A stretch of 64,000 bases of DNA from Vulcanimicrobiota bacterium (lineage in GTDB: Bacteria > Vulcanimicrobiota > Vulcanimicrobiia > Vulcanimicrobiales > Vulcanimicrobiaceae), in NCBI GenBank assembly GCA_963695225.1, contig OY968762.1, positions 1,504,001-1,568,000 on the forward strand. Direction: 5' to 3'. The notes beneath the pieces are model-generated. The model saw nothing but the letters and a program-made list of their open reading frames with translations. It did not search any database and was not told the DNA's origin. Positions within the stretch are counted from its first letter, which is position 1, and each line of letters opens with the position of its first letter. Made by a program: the position numbers and the translations under genes. This document shows positions 8,085 to 17,623 of the stretch, in pieces.

Positions 8085-9530
8085 TTGCGCTGGCGGATCG
8101 CGATATCGTACACGCTGCTCCTGCTCGCGACGATCGCCGTGATCGGAATCGTCCTCGGCTTCGAGGTTCGCCGCGTCGTGCTCGACGGCGCGCGGGCCGC
8201 GACCGATCGTGTCGGCACCGACATCGCGCGCATCGCTTCCAACAACGAGGCGATCGGCGCGCTCGGCGACGCGTTGCCCGCCGATGCGGAGCTTGCGCTC
8301 CCGGGGAATCTCGACCGGTGGTCCTCGCCCACGACGTTCGTCGAGATCGACAATCGCAACGGCTATCCGATCGGCAAGAGCTCGAACCTAGGTGCCGTCA
8401 CGTTCTCGTCTGCCGGCACGCCCCCCGGCAAGGGCAAGCTGTACGCGGTCGAGGAGACGCCGCTCGGGACCGTGCTCGTGCGCGGCGAGCGCCTCACGTT
8501 CGCGAACGGCACGGCGCTGATCGTGAAGGTCGGCGAGCGGCTCGATCTGTACTACGCGACGCTCGACCGGCTCCGCACGCTGCTCGCGATCGTGCTCGTC
8601 GTCGCCGCGCTCGCCGTCGTCCTCGCCTCGTTCGCGCTCGCCTCGAACGCGATCAAGCCGATCGACGAACTCTCGCGGAAGATCGGCGAGATCGGCGCCG
8701 ACCAGCTCGACCGGCGCGTCGCCTGGCCCGAACGCGACGACGAAGTCGGCCGCCTCGCTCGCTCGTTCGACGCGATGCTCGCGCGTTTGGAGGAGAGCTT
8801 CGCGCGCGAGCGCCAGTTCATCTCGGACGCTTCGCACGAACTGAAGACGCCGCTGACCGTCATCAACGCGAACGCGCAGATGCTCGAACGCTGGGGCGAC
8901 CGGGATCCGGCGATTCGCAGCGAGAGCTTGCGGGCGATCATCGCCGAGAGCGGCACGCTCGCGACGATGGTGAACGGCATGCTCACGCTCGCCAAGGCGG
9001 AATCGGGGGATGCGATTCCCCGCCAAAGCGTCGCACTCGAAGAGATCGTGACCGAAGCCCTGCGCGCGGCGCGCGGCCGCGCCGAAGCGAAAGGGCTCGC
9101 GCTCGAAGCGGAAAACCGCGTTTCGGGCGGGCACGCCGTCGTCATCGGCGACCCGAGCCTGCTGCGCCAAGCCGTGACGAACCTGCTCGACAATGCGATC
9201 AAGTTCACGGAAAGCGGGAGCGTTTCGGTCGCGCTCGGCACTGACGGCAAAAACGCAACGGTCGACGTCGCCGACACGGGAATCGGGATCGACGAAGCCG
9301 CGCTCACGCGCGTCTTCGACCGCTTCTACCGGGCCGACGAGGCCCACTCGCGCATCGTCGAAGGGCAAGGGCTGGGCCTTGCGATCGTGCGCAGCATCGT
9401 CCGGCTGCACGGCGGTTCGGTCGAGGCGCATCGCCAAGCGGCGGGCGGCTCCCGCTTCCGCGTGACGCTCCCCCTCGCCGCCGAGGACCCTTCATCTCCC
9501 GCTCATGACGCATCCCGGACGCACGAGTAG
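8085..9530 (+). CDS. HAMP-domain sensor histidine kinase
   Basis: Two TM helices, HAMP, H-box DASHELKTPL, N-box NLLDNAIKF, DTGIGI, GLGLAIV. Confidence 0.95.
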   Translation: MRWRIAISYTLLLLATIAVIGIVLGFEVRRVVLDGARAATDRVGTDIARIASNNEAIGALGDALPADAELALPGNLDRWSSPTTFVEIDNRNGYPIGKSSNLGAVTFSSAGTPPGKGKLYAVEETPLGTVLVRGERLTFANGTALIVKVGERLDLYYATLDRLRTLLAIVLVVAALAVVLASFALASNAIKPIDELSRKIGEIGADQLDRRVAWPERDDEVGRLARSFDAMLARLEESFARERQFISDASHELKTPLTVINANAQMLERWGDRDPAIRSESLRAIIAESGTLATMVNGMLTLAKAESGDAIPRQSVALEEIVTEALRAARGRAEAKGLALEAENRVSGGHAVVIGDPSLLRQAVTNLLDNAIKFTESGSVSVALGTDGKNATVDVADTGIGIDEAALTRVFDRFYRADEAHSRIVEGQGLGLAIVRSIVRLHGGSVEAHRQAAGGSRFRVTLPLAAEDPSSPAHDASRTHE

Positions 9531-9539
9531 ACTGAGAAC

Positions 9540-10634
9540 GTGCGTTCCCTGCAACCTCGGCCCGCGGTGTGGCTTCGGATGCTCCTCGCCGCGGCCGCCG
9601 TCTCGGTGCTCGCGAACGCGCCCGCACGCGCCGACGTCCCGAATTTCGACGGGCTCGAGGCGCCGGTCGTACGCGTCAACCTGCTTTACGGCAACGTCAC
9701 CGTGCGGACCGCGGACCGGCCGGGGATCTCCGTCGACGGCGACAGCACGATCGAGGCCACGGAATCCTCCGGTTCGCTCGGCGAAGGAGCGCGGACGTTT
9801 CCTATCCTGCGCGGAGAGATCGAGGGGCCGAACGGCCCCGTGCTCCTGCCGGCCGAATCGTTCGTCTCGACCTCGCTCCCGCGCGGTCCGCGCGCGATCG
9901 TCACGTTCAAAGGCGTCGGGACGCTGAACCTCACGATCCCCGCGCACACCGCGCTGCTCGTCGTGCAACTCGTTCGCGGCAACGTCTCGGTCGACGGGTA
10001 TCGCGGCGGCACGTTTCTCGTGCGCGTGCGCAACGGCGCGATCCGCCTGAGCGACGACGGCGGAGAGGGGTACGTGCAGACGCTGCGCGGCCCGACGCAC
10101 GTATCGGATTCGGCGTTTGCGCACCTGCGCGCGCGCAGCGGTCTTGGGCCGATCGTCTTCGAACGCTGCAGCGCCCGGCAGATCGAGGTCGCGAGCGTCG
10201 AAGGCGGGATCCTCTACGATGACGGCGCGTTCGAGCCCGGCCTCGCGCGCTTCGAATCGCAGACCGGCCACGTCGCGATCGGCGTCAGCGGGAGTTCGCA
10301 AATCGCGGCCCACTCCGGTAGCGGGCGCGTCTACACCCAATTCGACCCCCGGACCCGCGTCGAGAACCGCGACGGCGACGCGACGGCCGTCGTCGGCGGC
10401 GGCGGCCCCGTCGTGACCGCGAACAGCGCGAGCGGGAACGTGTACCTCTACGACGGAGCGCTCCGCTCGCACCCGAGCGCGACGGAAGGCTGGGCCGTGC
10501 CCCGGGCTCTTCTCAGGCGTGAAGAGTCCCCGAACGCCGCGCCGCTCGCGCCCCCGCCGGCCTTCCCGCGGCGTTTGCCGCAGCGTCCCGCCGCCAAGGC
10601 ACGAACTTCGGAAGGGCGCCCGTATCGATCTTGA
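9540..10634 (+). CDS. Secreted beta-strand repeat protein (DUF4097/adhesin-like)
   Basis: Signal peptide ending ARA; repeated 'x-x-G-x-I/V' beta motifs; 'VTANSASGNVYL'. Confidence 0.6.
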   Translation: MRSLQPRPAVWLRMLLAAAAVSVLANAPARADVPNFDGLEAPVVRVNLLYGNVTVRTADRPGISVDGDSTIEATESSGSLGEGARTFPILRGEIEGPNGPVLLPAESFVSTSLPRGPRAIVTFKGVGTLNLTIPAHTALLVVQLVRGNVSVDGYRGGTFLVRVRNGAIRLSDDGGEGYVQTLRGPTHVSDSAFAHLRARSGLGPIVFERCSARQIEVASVEGGILYDDGAFEPGLARFESQTGHVAIGVSGSSQIAAHSGSGRVYTQFDPRTRVENRDGDATAVVGGGGPVVTANSASGNVYLYDGALRSHPSATEGWAVPRALLRREESPNAAPLAPPPAFPRRLPQRPAAKARTSEGRPYRS

Positions 10635-10667
10635 ACGTGGACGGGCGGCCCGGGCTCCGGCCGCAAG

Positions 10668-10702
10668 CAAAGAAAAGGGACCGGCGCCGGCGCCGGTCCC
10701 TT
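10668..10702 (-). terminator. Rho-independent terminator of the phasin transcript
   Basis: Palindrome AAGGGACCGGCGCCGGCGCCGGTCCCTT followed on the minus strand by TTCTTTT. Confidence 0.8.
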
Positions 10703-10722
10703 CGCGTGCAGTGCCGGGAGTG

Positions 10723-11187
10723 TTACTTCGCGCTCACCGAGGAGACGACGCGCTCGGAAACGTCCGTGACGCCCTTCGTGAAGTTCTCGAGTTGCGCGTC
10801 GGCGGTTTCCTTGACGTACTCCAGATTCGAGAGACCGGTCTTCGTGAGGCCGCGCAGCGCTTCGATCGCCGATTCCTGAAGCTTCACGTTCTGCTTCGTC
10901 AGCTTGTCGTTGAGCTCGACGGCCTTCTGGCCGCTGTTCTGCAGCTCGGCGATCGTCAGGGAGATCACTTGGTTGAGGCGGTCGAAGTTCTCGCGAACGG
11001 TCTGCTCGACGGCGCTCGACGCATAGGGGCGCGAAGCGATCTCGTAGAGCGACTTGAAGTAGTCGAGGCCGCGGCGGTTCGCCGTCGCGAACGCGTCGAC
11101 GTAAAGCGCGTAGTACTCGCTGGAAAGCTCGTTGTAGCTCGGGGTCGAGGCCTTAAGGCCGGGGGCGGTCGCTTCCGCTTTTGCCAT
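10723..11187 (-). CDS. Putative phasin (PHA granule-associated protein)
   Basis: About 154 aa, amphipathic helical, no Cys/Trp; GAGG RBS; directly downstream of and overlapping the phaQ-like gene; strong terminator. Confidence 0.6.
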   Translation of the reverse strand: MAKAEATAPGLKASTPSYNELSSEYYALYVDAFATANRRGLDYFKSLYEIASRPYASSAVEQTVRENFDRLNQVISLTIAELQNSGQKAVELNDKLTKQNVKLQESAIEALRGLTKTGLSNLEYVKETADAQLENFTKGVTDVSERVVSSVSAK

Positions 11188-11644
11188 TAGAAACATCCTC
11201 ATCGTCGGTGTCGGGAGAGGATCGCTCTTTGACCCACGTCCCAGTGTAAAGGCTGAAGAACGCATCCAGATTCGTCCGGTACTGTTCGAGCGCGGAGCTC
11301 CAGAGTTTGAGCGCATCGCCCCCCGCCCCGGTCAACGTGTAAACCCGCCGGGCAGGGCCCTGGTCTTGCGCGGACCAGCGCGAGCTGATATAGCCGTCGC
11401 GCTCGAGTTGACGAAGCGCGCGATATACGGTCCCAGGATCGGTCGTTATGGCGAAGTTGTCGCGTAAGGCCGTCATGATCTCGTACCCGTGAAGGTTGAT
11501 GTCCTTCAGCATCACGAGCAACCAAGCCATCAGGTAATTCTTGGGTGTGCCGCGGGGGGGAAGCCCCGCTTCGGCCCGACCCTGACCGGATTCAGTGGGA
11601 TCTTGTCCTGACGAGATCACACCGTTGTCCTCAGTGTCCTTCAT
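11153..11644 (-). CDS. phaQ: PadR-family regulator, PhaQ-like (PHB-responsive repressor)
   Basis: PKNYL...LKDINLHGYEI...DPGTVYRALRQLERDGYISSRW...GPARRVYTLT...LEQYRTNLDAFFSLYT resembles Bacillus PhaQ as I recall it; alternative GTG start at 11620. Confidence 0.75.
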   Translation of the reverse strand: MKDTEDNGVISSGQDPTESGQGRAEAGLPPRGTPKNYLMAWLLVMLKDINLHGYEIMTALRDNFAITTDPGTVYRALRQLERDGYISSRWSAQDQGPARRVYTLTGAGGDALKLWSSALEQYRTNLDAFFSLYTGTWVKERSSPDTDDEDVSNGKSGSDRPRP

Positions 11645-11656
11645 GCCTATATATGT

Positions 11657-11685
11657 ATTTTACACCTATCTTGAGATGCGGTCAA
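11657..11685 (-). promoter_or_regulatory. Sigma-70 promoter TTGACC-N17-TAAAAT for phaQ-phasin
   Basis: Minus strand: TTGACC gcatctcaagataggtg TAAAAT in an AT-rich patch. Confidence 0.75.
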
Positions 11686-11698
11686 GCCGCTGAGGGTG

Positions 11699-12118
11699 TT
11701 ATGCGCCTTCGACGTCGGTAACGAGCAGGACAGCCTCACCGCTGGTGACCGTCTCCCCATTCTGATTCACGCACTCGGTGGCCAGGGTCACGATCTTCTT
11801 ATCCGCGCGATACGCGGTCACGCGGGCCCGCACTTCGATCGTGTCGCCGATGAAGACGGGGCGTGAGAACTTGAGCGTCTGGCTCAGGTAGATACTTCCC
11901 GGACCGGGGTACTTTGTACCAAACAGCGCCGATATGTAGGATGCGGACAGCATCCCGTGCGCGATGCGTTTGCCGAAACGCGTCTTCGCGGCGTACGCCT
12001 CGTCGAGGTGGACGGGGTTCGTGTCGCCGCTCGCCGCGGCAAATCTCTCGACGTCTTCCGCCGTGACCGTGCGCGTGAGCGTGCTGGTATGCCCCTCGGT
12101 GAAGTCCACTGCGATCAT
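11699..12118 (-). CDS. phaJ: MaoC-family (R)-specific enoyl-CoA hydratase (PhaJ-like)
   Basis: Hydratase-2 motif SGDTNPVHLDEAYA...RIAHGML...PGPGSIYLSQ.LKF..PV. Confidence 0.8.
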   Translation of the reverse strand: MIAVDFTEGHTSTLTRTVTAEDVERFAAASGDTNPVHLDEAYAAKTRFGKRIAHGMLSASYISALFGTKYPGPGSIYLSQTLKFSRPVFIGDTIEVRARVTAYRADKKIVTLATECVNQNGETVTSGEAVLLVTDVEGA

Positions 12119-12224
12119 CCTCTCGGTGAAGCGACGGCGAACTGTGCCGCTCGGGGCGTTACTTCAGCACGCACGGGCAGAAGACCCGGCGAATCGCCAA
12201 GTTAGGCATGACAAGTAGGCGGAC

Positions 12225-13427
12225 TCAGTCGAGGAATGGGACCGGGTCGAACGTGCCGGCGAGGACGCCGGCTACGGAACGGCCGAACCAGCGCTCGACT
12301 ACCGTCGTATAGACCCGTCTAAAATCGGTCGTGAACGTGATGTCCCCGCCGTCGAGATCGTCGAGCGAGGGGTGCGCCCCGTAGATGCCTCCCTTGACGG
12401 GGCCGACGGCGAACATCGGGGCCGCCTCGCCGTGGTCCGTCCCCAGGCTCGCGTTCTCCGCGACGCGCCGCCCGAACTCGGAGAACGTGAGCGCGAGCGT
12501 GCGGCCGGCGTTCCCGTGCGCGCCCAGGTCCGCATAGAACGCCCCCAGCGCTTCGGCGAGCTCGCGCAGCAACCGGTCCTGCGTCGCTCGCTGCGCGGCG
12601 TGCGTATCGAACGAGCCGTGCTGCACGTAGATCGCGCGGGTTCCGAGGCCGCTGCCGATCATCTGCGCCGCGAGCGCCAAGCTCCGCCCGATCGCGGTCG
12701 GCGGATACTGCACGTCCGTCGCATACCCGGCCAGGAGCTTGGGCAGCGCTTCGCTGCCTCGTTGCGCGCGATCTTCGATTCGCGCGATCGTAGCGAGGTA
12801 CGGCGAGCCGAACGGCGCGCGCTCGTCGGCGACGAGCGCGCTGAACTCGCGCCGCTGCACGGCGTTGCGATCGCTGAGCAGCCCGTACCCGCGCAGTCGC
12901 GAGATCGCGGGCACGTCGACGCCGTTCGCGATCATCGCTTCCGGAAGGACCGGCGCGATCGCGACCGCGCCGAACAAGTCGTCCTTCGGAATCGCGGCGC
13001 CGTCGAGGTACCGGCCGAGCCACCCCGTCCGTTCGTACCGCTCGGGGACCGCCGTCTGCCAGATCTCCGTCGAGCGGAAATGCGACCGGTCCGGTCGCGG
13101 GTACCCCGCTCCTTGCACGATCGCGACGTTCCCGGCGTCGTAGAGCGTCTTGAGCGCGGCGAGCGCGGGGTTGAACCCGATCCGCTCGTCGATGCGGAGC
13201 ACGTCGCCCTGGGCGATCGCGAGCGTCGGACGGTAACGGTAGTATTGCGGGGAGGCGTAGGGGACGATCGTGTTCAGCCCGTCGTTTCCGCCTTGCAGAT
13301 TCACGAGCACGAGAACGCGGTCCGAACGGTCGCCCGGCGCGGCGAGCGCTCGCGCGAAAAACGCGCCTTCATGCGCGACGACCGCGAGGCCGGCGAGCGA
13401 GCCGAGGAGGAAGCGGCTGCGTTTCAT
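12225..13427 (-). CDS. DUF1501 family protein
   Basis: Tat-like MKRSRFL; LQGGNDGLNT, RSHFRSTEIWQT, FDTH, FSEFGRR, GTDHG. Confidence 0.9.
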   Translation of the reverse strand: MKRSRFLLGSLAGLAVVAHEGAFFARALAAPGDRSDRVLVLVNLQGGNDGLNTIVPYASPQYYRYRPTLAIAQGDVLRIDERIGFNPALAALKTLYDAGNVAIVQGAGYPRPDRSHFRSTEIWQTAVPERYERTGWLGRYLDGAAIPKDDLFGAVAIAPVLPEAMIANGVDVPAISRLRGYGLLSDRNAVQRREFSALVADERAPFGSPYLATIARIEDRAQRGSEALPKLLAGYATDVQYPPTAIGRSLALAAQMIGSGLGTRAIYVQHGSFDTHAAQRATQDRLLRELAEALGAFYADLGAHGNAGRTLALTFSEFGRRVAENASLGTDHGEAAPMFAVGPVKGGIYGAHPSLDDLDGGDITFTTDFRRVYTTVVERWFGRSVAGVLAGTFDPVPFLD

Positions 13428-13445
13428 CGATCTGACCCCTTCGCG

Positions 13446-14843
13446 CTAGTTGAGTTGGAAGGCGGGCATCGCCATCGTGAGGTACGCGGCGCCGCGCATG
13501 CGTTCGTCGAGGTTCTCGCCGGAGAGCATCGCGTTCGCGGAGACGCCCTCGCCGTCGAGGTACGCTTGCAGCCGCGCGAGCGCGGCCGGAGAGGCATCCC
13601 CCTGCACGATGGCGCGCACGAGGGCGCCGGCCGCGCGCGCGGAGCCGCCCTGCCCCGCGGCGATCAGCCAATCCGCGCGCATCTGCTGCGAGGTCACGAG
13701 CGCGTCCGCGAAGTTCTCGCGCGCGAGAACGCTCTGGCTGTTGAGCCAGGCCGCGCCGCCGTCCCAACCCTTGACGCTCGGCGGAGCGAACAGTTCCTGC
13801 CCCATCCGCGCGAGCGCGGCGAGCGTCTGCAGGGCCACTTCCCGGATGCCGAAGAGCCGCTGCGCGCCGACGACGAATTCGACCGGACTCTTCACGAGCG
13901 CGCGATACGCCCGCTCGGAATAGAAGACGTTGCTGCGCAGGAGCAGCGCAAGCGAAGGCTGCAGTTCGAAATCGCTCGCGCGGATCTTCGCGGCGAACGC
14001 CTCGACGAGTTCCGGCTCCGGATCGTCGTAGACGAAGAACCGGAGCAACTTCCCGGCAAACCAGCGCGCGGCCGCCGGCTGCTCGAAGATGATCTCGACG
14101 ATGTCGCTCCCGTCGAAGGGGCCGCTGCGCCCGAGAAACGTCTTGCGCCCGTCGTCGTGGCGGCGCGGATCCTCGACGAATTCGCCCGTCCCACGCTCGA
14201 TCGTCCAGCCCGTGAAAGCGCGCGCGCTCTCTCGAACGTCGTTCTCGGTGTAGTTTCCGATGCCGAGCGTGAACAACTCCATCAGCTCGCGCGCGTAGTT
14301 CTCGTTCGGATGCGCGCGCTCGCTGCGGAAATTATCGAGGTAGCGCAGCATCGCGGGATCGCGCGAGACGGCGAGCGTCAACTCGCGCACGTTGCCGAGC
14401 GCCCGCGAACGGAACAGCTCGTTCTGGGCGATCGCGAGCGCGGGAGTGATGCCCTTGGCCCCCAGCGCCGAAGGGAAATGCCCGTGCCAGAAGAGCGTCA
14501 TCTTTTCTTGCAACGGGGCCGGGGTCGCGATCATACGCTCGAGCCACCACGTCTGCAGCGCGAGCCGCGCCTGACGCCGCGCCGGGCCCGGCTCGTCGCT
14601 CAGGCCGGAAGGCGGCTCCGGGAGCTCGGCGGTCGACGGGAAGCGCACGAACGAATCGACCGCCTCCGCCGGGGAGAGCGCCGTCAAGCGCGCGAGGTCG
14701 GCGGGGGACCCCTCGAAACCGGCGCGGCGCTGCAAATGCGCGGCCAAACGCTCGTTCCACGGGCCGCGATAGGGCGCGAGCGCACCGGCGAGCGCGAGAG
14801 TCCCCGCGGGGCGATACGGAGCGGCTGCATTCATGGCAGACAT
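13446..14843 (-). CDS. DUF1800 family protein
   Basis: HLQRRAGF, LQEKMTLFWHGHF, DPAMLRYLDN, NENYARELMELFTLG, PPSVKGW. Confidence 0.9.
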   Translation of the reverse strand: MSAMNAAAPYRPAGTLALAGALAPYRGPWNERLAAHLQRRAGFEGSPADLARLTALSPAEAVDSFVRFPSTAELPEPPSGLSDEPGPARRQARLALQTWWLERMIATPAPLQEKMTLFWHGHFPSALGAKGITPALAIAQNELFRSRALGNVRELTLAVSRDPAMLRYLDNFRSERAHPNENYARELMELFTLGIGNYTENDVRESARAFTGWTIERGTGEFVEDPRRHDDGRKTFLGRSGPFDGSDIVEIIFEQPAAARWFAGKLLRFFVYDDPEPELVEAFAAKIRASDFELQPSLALLLRSNVFYSERAYRALVKSPVEFVVGAQRLFGIREVALQTLAALARMGQELFAPPSVKGWDGGAAWLNSQSVLARENFADALVTSQQMRADWLIAAGQGGSARAAGALVRAIVQGDASPAALARLQAYLDGEGVSANAMLSGENLDERMRGAAYLTMAMPAFQLN

Positions 14844-14962
14844 CGTACCGCCGCCCCGCGACGCGCGATATGGTACGGGCGCGAATCTAACCGCGGCTTC
14901 ACCTGACGCGAACCTCCGCGCGGAACCTGGGAGGAGCGTCCGCGCTGCGAGAACGCGTCGGG

Positions 14963-16546
14963 ATGAAGCTGCTCGAGTCTCACGTCGACCCTGCGAGCGA
15001 CGTTTTCGCGCGGAATGCCGCGGCGATGCGCGGGCTCGTGGCGGACCTGCGCTCCCGGCTGCGGCGCGTGCGCGAGTGCGGCGGGCCGGAGGCGGTCGCG
15101 CGGCACCGCAAGCGCGGGAAGCTGACCGCACGCGAGCGGGTCGACCGGCTCGCCGATCCTCTCACGCCGTTCCTCGAATTCTCGGCGCTCGCGGCGGACG
15201 GCGTCTACGACGACGAGACGCCTTCGGCCGGGATGGTGACCGGGATCGCCACGATCGAAGGGCGGCTCTGCGTCGTGATCGCGAACGACGCGACGGTCAA
15301 AGGCGGATCCTACCTCCCCTTGACCGTCAAGAAGCATCTGCGCGCGCAAGAGATCGCGCAGCAGAATCACCTGACGTGCATCTACCTCGTCGATTCCGGC
15401 GGCGCGTTCTTGCCCAAGCAAGACGAGGTCTTCCCGGATCGCGACCACTTCGGCCGCATCTTCTACAATCAGGCGCGGATGTCGAGCGAGGGCATCCCGC
15501 AGATCGCCGCCGTCATGGGATCTTGCACGGCAGGCGGCGCGTACGTTCCGGCGATGTCCGACGAGACGGTGATCGTCGCCGGGAACGGGACGATCTTCCT
15601 CGGCGGCCCGCCGCTCGTGCTGGCCGCGACCGGGGAGGTCGTCAGCGCCGAGGATCTCGGCGGGGCCGACGTGCACACCCGCATCTCCGGCGTGGCCGAC
15701 CACTACGCAAACGACGACGAACACGCGCTCGCGCTCGTGCGCTCGATCGTCGCGAACCTTCCGCCGCCTCCGCCTCGCCCGCCGGACTGGACGGAGCCCG
15801 CACCCCCTGCACTCGATGCGCACGAGATCTACGGCATCGTCTCGAGCGATACGCGCATCGGGTACGACGTCCGCGAGATCATCGCGCGCCTGATCGACGG
15901 CTCGCTCTTCCACGAGTTCAAGCCGCTCTACGGCGCGACGCTCGTTTGCGGGTTCGCGCGCATCGAAGGGCACGCGGTCGGGATCCTCGCGAACAACGGC
16001 ATCCTCTTCAGCGAGAGCGCGCAGAAGGGCGCGCATTTCATCGAGCTCTGCGCGCAGCGCGGCACGCCGCTCGTCTTCCTGCAGAACATCACGGGCTTCA
16101 TGATCGGGAAGGAATACGAAAACCGCGGGATCGCGAAGGACGGGGCGAAGCTCGTGACCGCGGTCGCGTGCGCCGAGGTTCCGAAGTTCACGGTCGTCAT
16201 CGGCGGCAGCTTCGGGGCGGGGAACTACGGCATGTGCGGCCGGGCGTATTCGCCGCGACAACTTTGGATGTGGCCGAGCGCCCGCATCTCCGTAATGGGC
16301 GGGATCCAAGCCGCGAGCGTGCTCTCCACCGTCAAGGGCGCGATGTCGCCCGAGGAAAAGGCCGCGTTCGAGGCGCCGATCCTCGAAAAGTACGAACGCG
16401 AAGGCAGCCCTTACTATTCCAGCGCGCGCCTGTGGGACGACGGCGTCATCGATCCGCTCGATACGCGCCGCGTCCTCGCGCTCGGCCTCGACGCCGCGCG
16501 CTATGCCGCACCGAAACCGACGCGCTTCGGCGTCTTCCGGATGTGA
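14963..16546 (+). CDS. liuB: 3-methylcrotonyl-CoA carboxylase beta (carboxyltransferase) subunit
   Basis: [57 protein letters not shown]-terminal FGVFRM. Confidence 0.92.
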   Translation: MKLLESHVDPASDVFARNAAAMRGLVADLRSRLRRVRECGGPEAVARHRKRGKLTARERVDRLADPLTPFLEFSALAADGVYDDETPSAGMVTGIATIEGRLCVVIANDATVKGGSYLPLTVKKHLRAQEIAQQNHLTCIYLVDSGGAFLPKQDEVFPDRDHFGRIFYNQARMSSEGIPQIAAVMGSCTAGGAYVPAMSDETVIVAGNGTIFLGGPPLVLAATGEVVSAEDLGGADVHTRISGVADHYANDDEHALALVRSIVANLPPPPPRPPDWTEPAPPALDAHEIYGIVSSDTRIGYDVREIIARLIDGSLFHEFKPLYGATLVCGFARIEGHAVGILANNGILFSESAQKGAHFIELCAQRGTPLVFLQNITGFMIGKEYENRGIAKDGAKLVTAVACAEVPKFTVVIGGSFGAGNYGMCGRAYSPRQLWMWPSARISVMGGIQAASVLSTVKGAMSPEEKAAFEAPILEKYEREGSPYYSSARLWDDGVIDPLDTRRVLALGLDAARYAAPKPTRFGVFRM

Positions 16547-16599
16547 GCCCGCCATCGAAGGAGGCCTGTTCGCCGCGGTCCGGTCAAGGGGTCAAAGGC

Positions 16600-17493
16600 G
16601 TGCCTAAGGCGGCCGTGATCGTCGCGTATGCGGTTGTCGTCGGCATTTGGGGGACCACGTGGCTCGCCATCAAGATCGCACTCGAAGGGTTGCCGATCGT
16701 GACCGGCGCGGGTCTGCGCTTCATCGTCGCCGGCCTCTTCCTCTATGGGCTGGGCCTGGCGTTCCGGATCGACCCCCGCAAGAACGCGCCGCCGCTGCAC
16801 TTGGTCGTCGTGCTTTCAGCCACGATGTTCGGCCTCAACTATGCGTGCACGTACTTCGCCGAGACGCACCTCGCCTCGGGTCTCGTCGCGGTCCTCTTCG
16901 GGACGCTGCCGTTCTTCGTGTTCGGGATCGCGAGCGTGATGGTCGGCGAGCGCGTCTCGCGTGGGATGTTGCTCGGCGCCGTCCTCGCGTTCGCGGGCGT
17001 CGCCCTCATCTCGCTCTCCGGCGATATCCAAGGCGACGCCGTCTACGTCGCGGCGGCGCTCGCCGCGGCCTTCTCTTCGGCATACGCGACCGTCTATCTC
17101 AAACGCCACGCCGAGGCCGAGCCCTTCACCACGCTCCCGCCGGCGATGCTGCTCGCCGGGACCGTGATGTTCGCCGCCGGGAGCTTCTCCGAGCATCCCT
17201 CGCTCGCGCAAGCGTTCGCCTGGCGCCCGCTGCTCGCGCTCCTCTACCTCGCGATCTTCGGCAGCGCGATCGCGTTCTATTTGAACCATTGGCTGCTGCA
17301 GCGCATCTCGAGCGTCTTGATGGGCCTTTCGGCGCTGATGATCCCCGTCATCGCGGTCGCAATCGGCGCGCTGTTCGGCGGCGAGGTTTTCGGAACGCGC
17401 GAGATCGCCGGAGCCCTGCTCGTCATCTTCGGCGTATGGCTCTCGATGCGCGGTGCCGCGCCGCGAACGGCGGCGCTCGCCGCCGACGGCTGA
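16600..17493 (+). CDS. EamA/DMT family transporter
   Basis: IWGTTWLAIK...LRF; about 10 TM segments; YLAIFGSAIAF. Confidence 0.88.
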   Translation: MPKAAVIVAYAVVVGIWGTTWLAIKIALEGLPIVTGAGLRFIVAGLFLYGLGLAFRIDPRKNAPPLHLVVVLSATMFGLNYACTYFAETHLASGLVAVLFGTLPFFVFGIASVMVGERVSRGMLLGAVLAFAGVALISLSGDIQGDAVYVAAALAAAFSSAYATVYLKRHAEAEPFTTLPPAMLLAGTVMFAAGSFSEHPSLAQAFAWRPLLALLYLAIFGSAIAFYLNHWLLQRISSVLMGLSALMIPVIAVAIGALFGGEVFGTREIAGALLVIFGVWLSMRGAAPRTAALAADG

Positions 17494-17623
17494 GCAAGCC
17501 CGCCACCCTTCGATGAGCTCGAGGGGGGCCGTCGCGGTTCGTTCTTGAGGCGAGGACCTGGAGCGAGGAGGCTCGAACGGCGGCGCACGAGAGTGGTAGC
17601 CGCGTCGAAACGAGCGAGGGCAC

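Noticed and set aside
12372..14906. Very long antisense or alternate-frame ORFs (e.g. 844 aa here; also 24053..26245, 32435..34267, 61540..63438)
   Set aside because: They overlap well-supported genes, are Arg/Gly/Ala-rich without motifs, and are expected from high-GC codon bias
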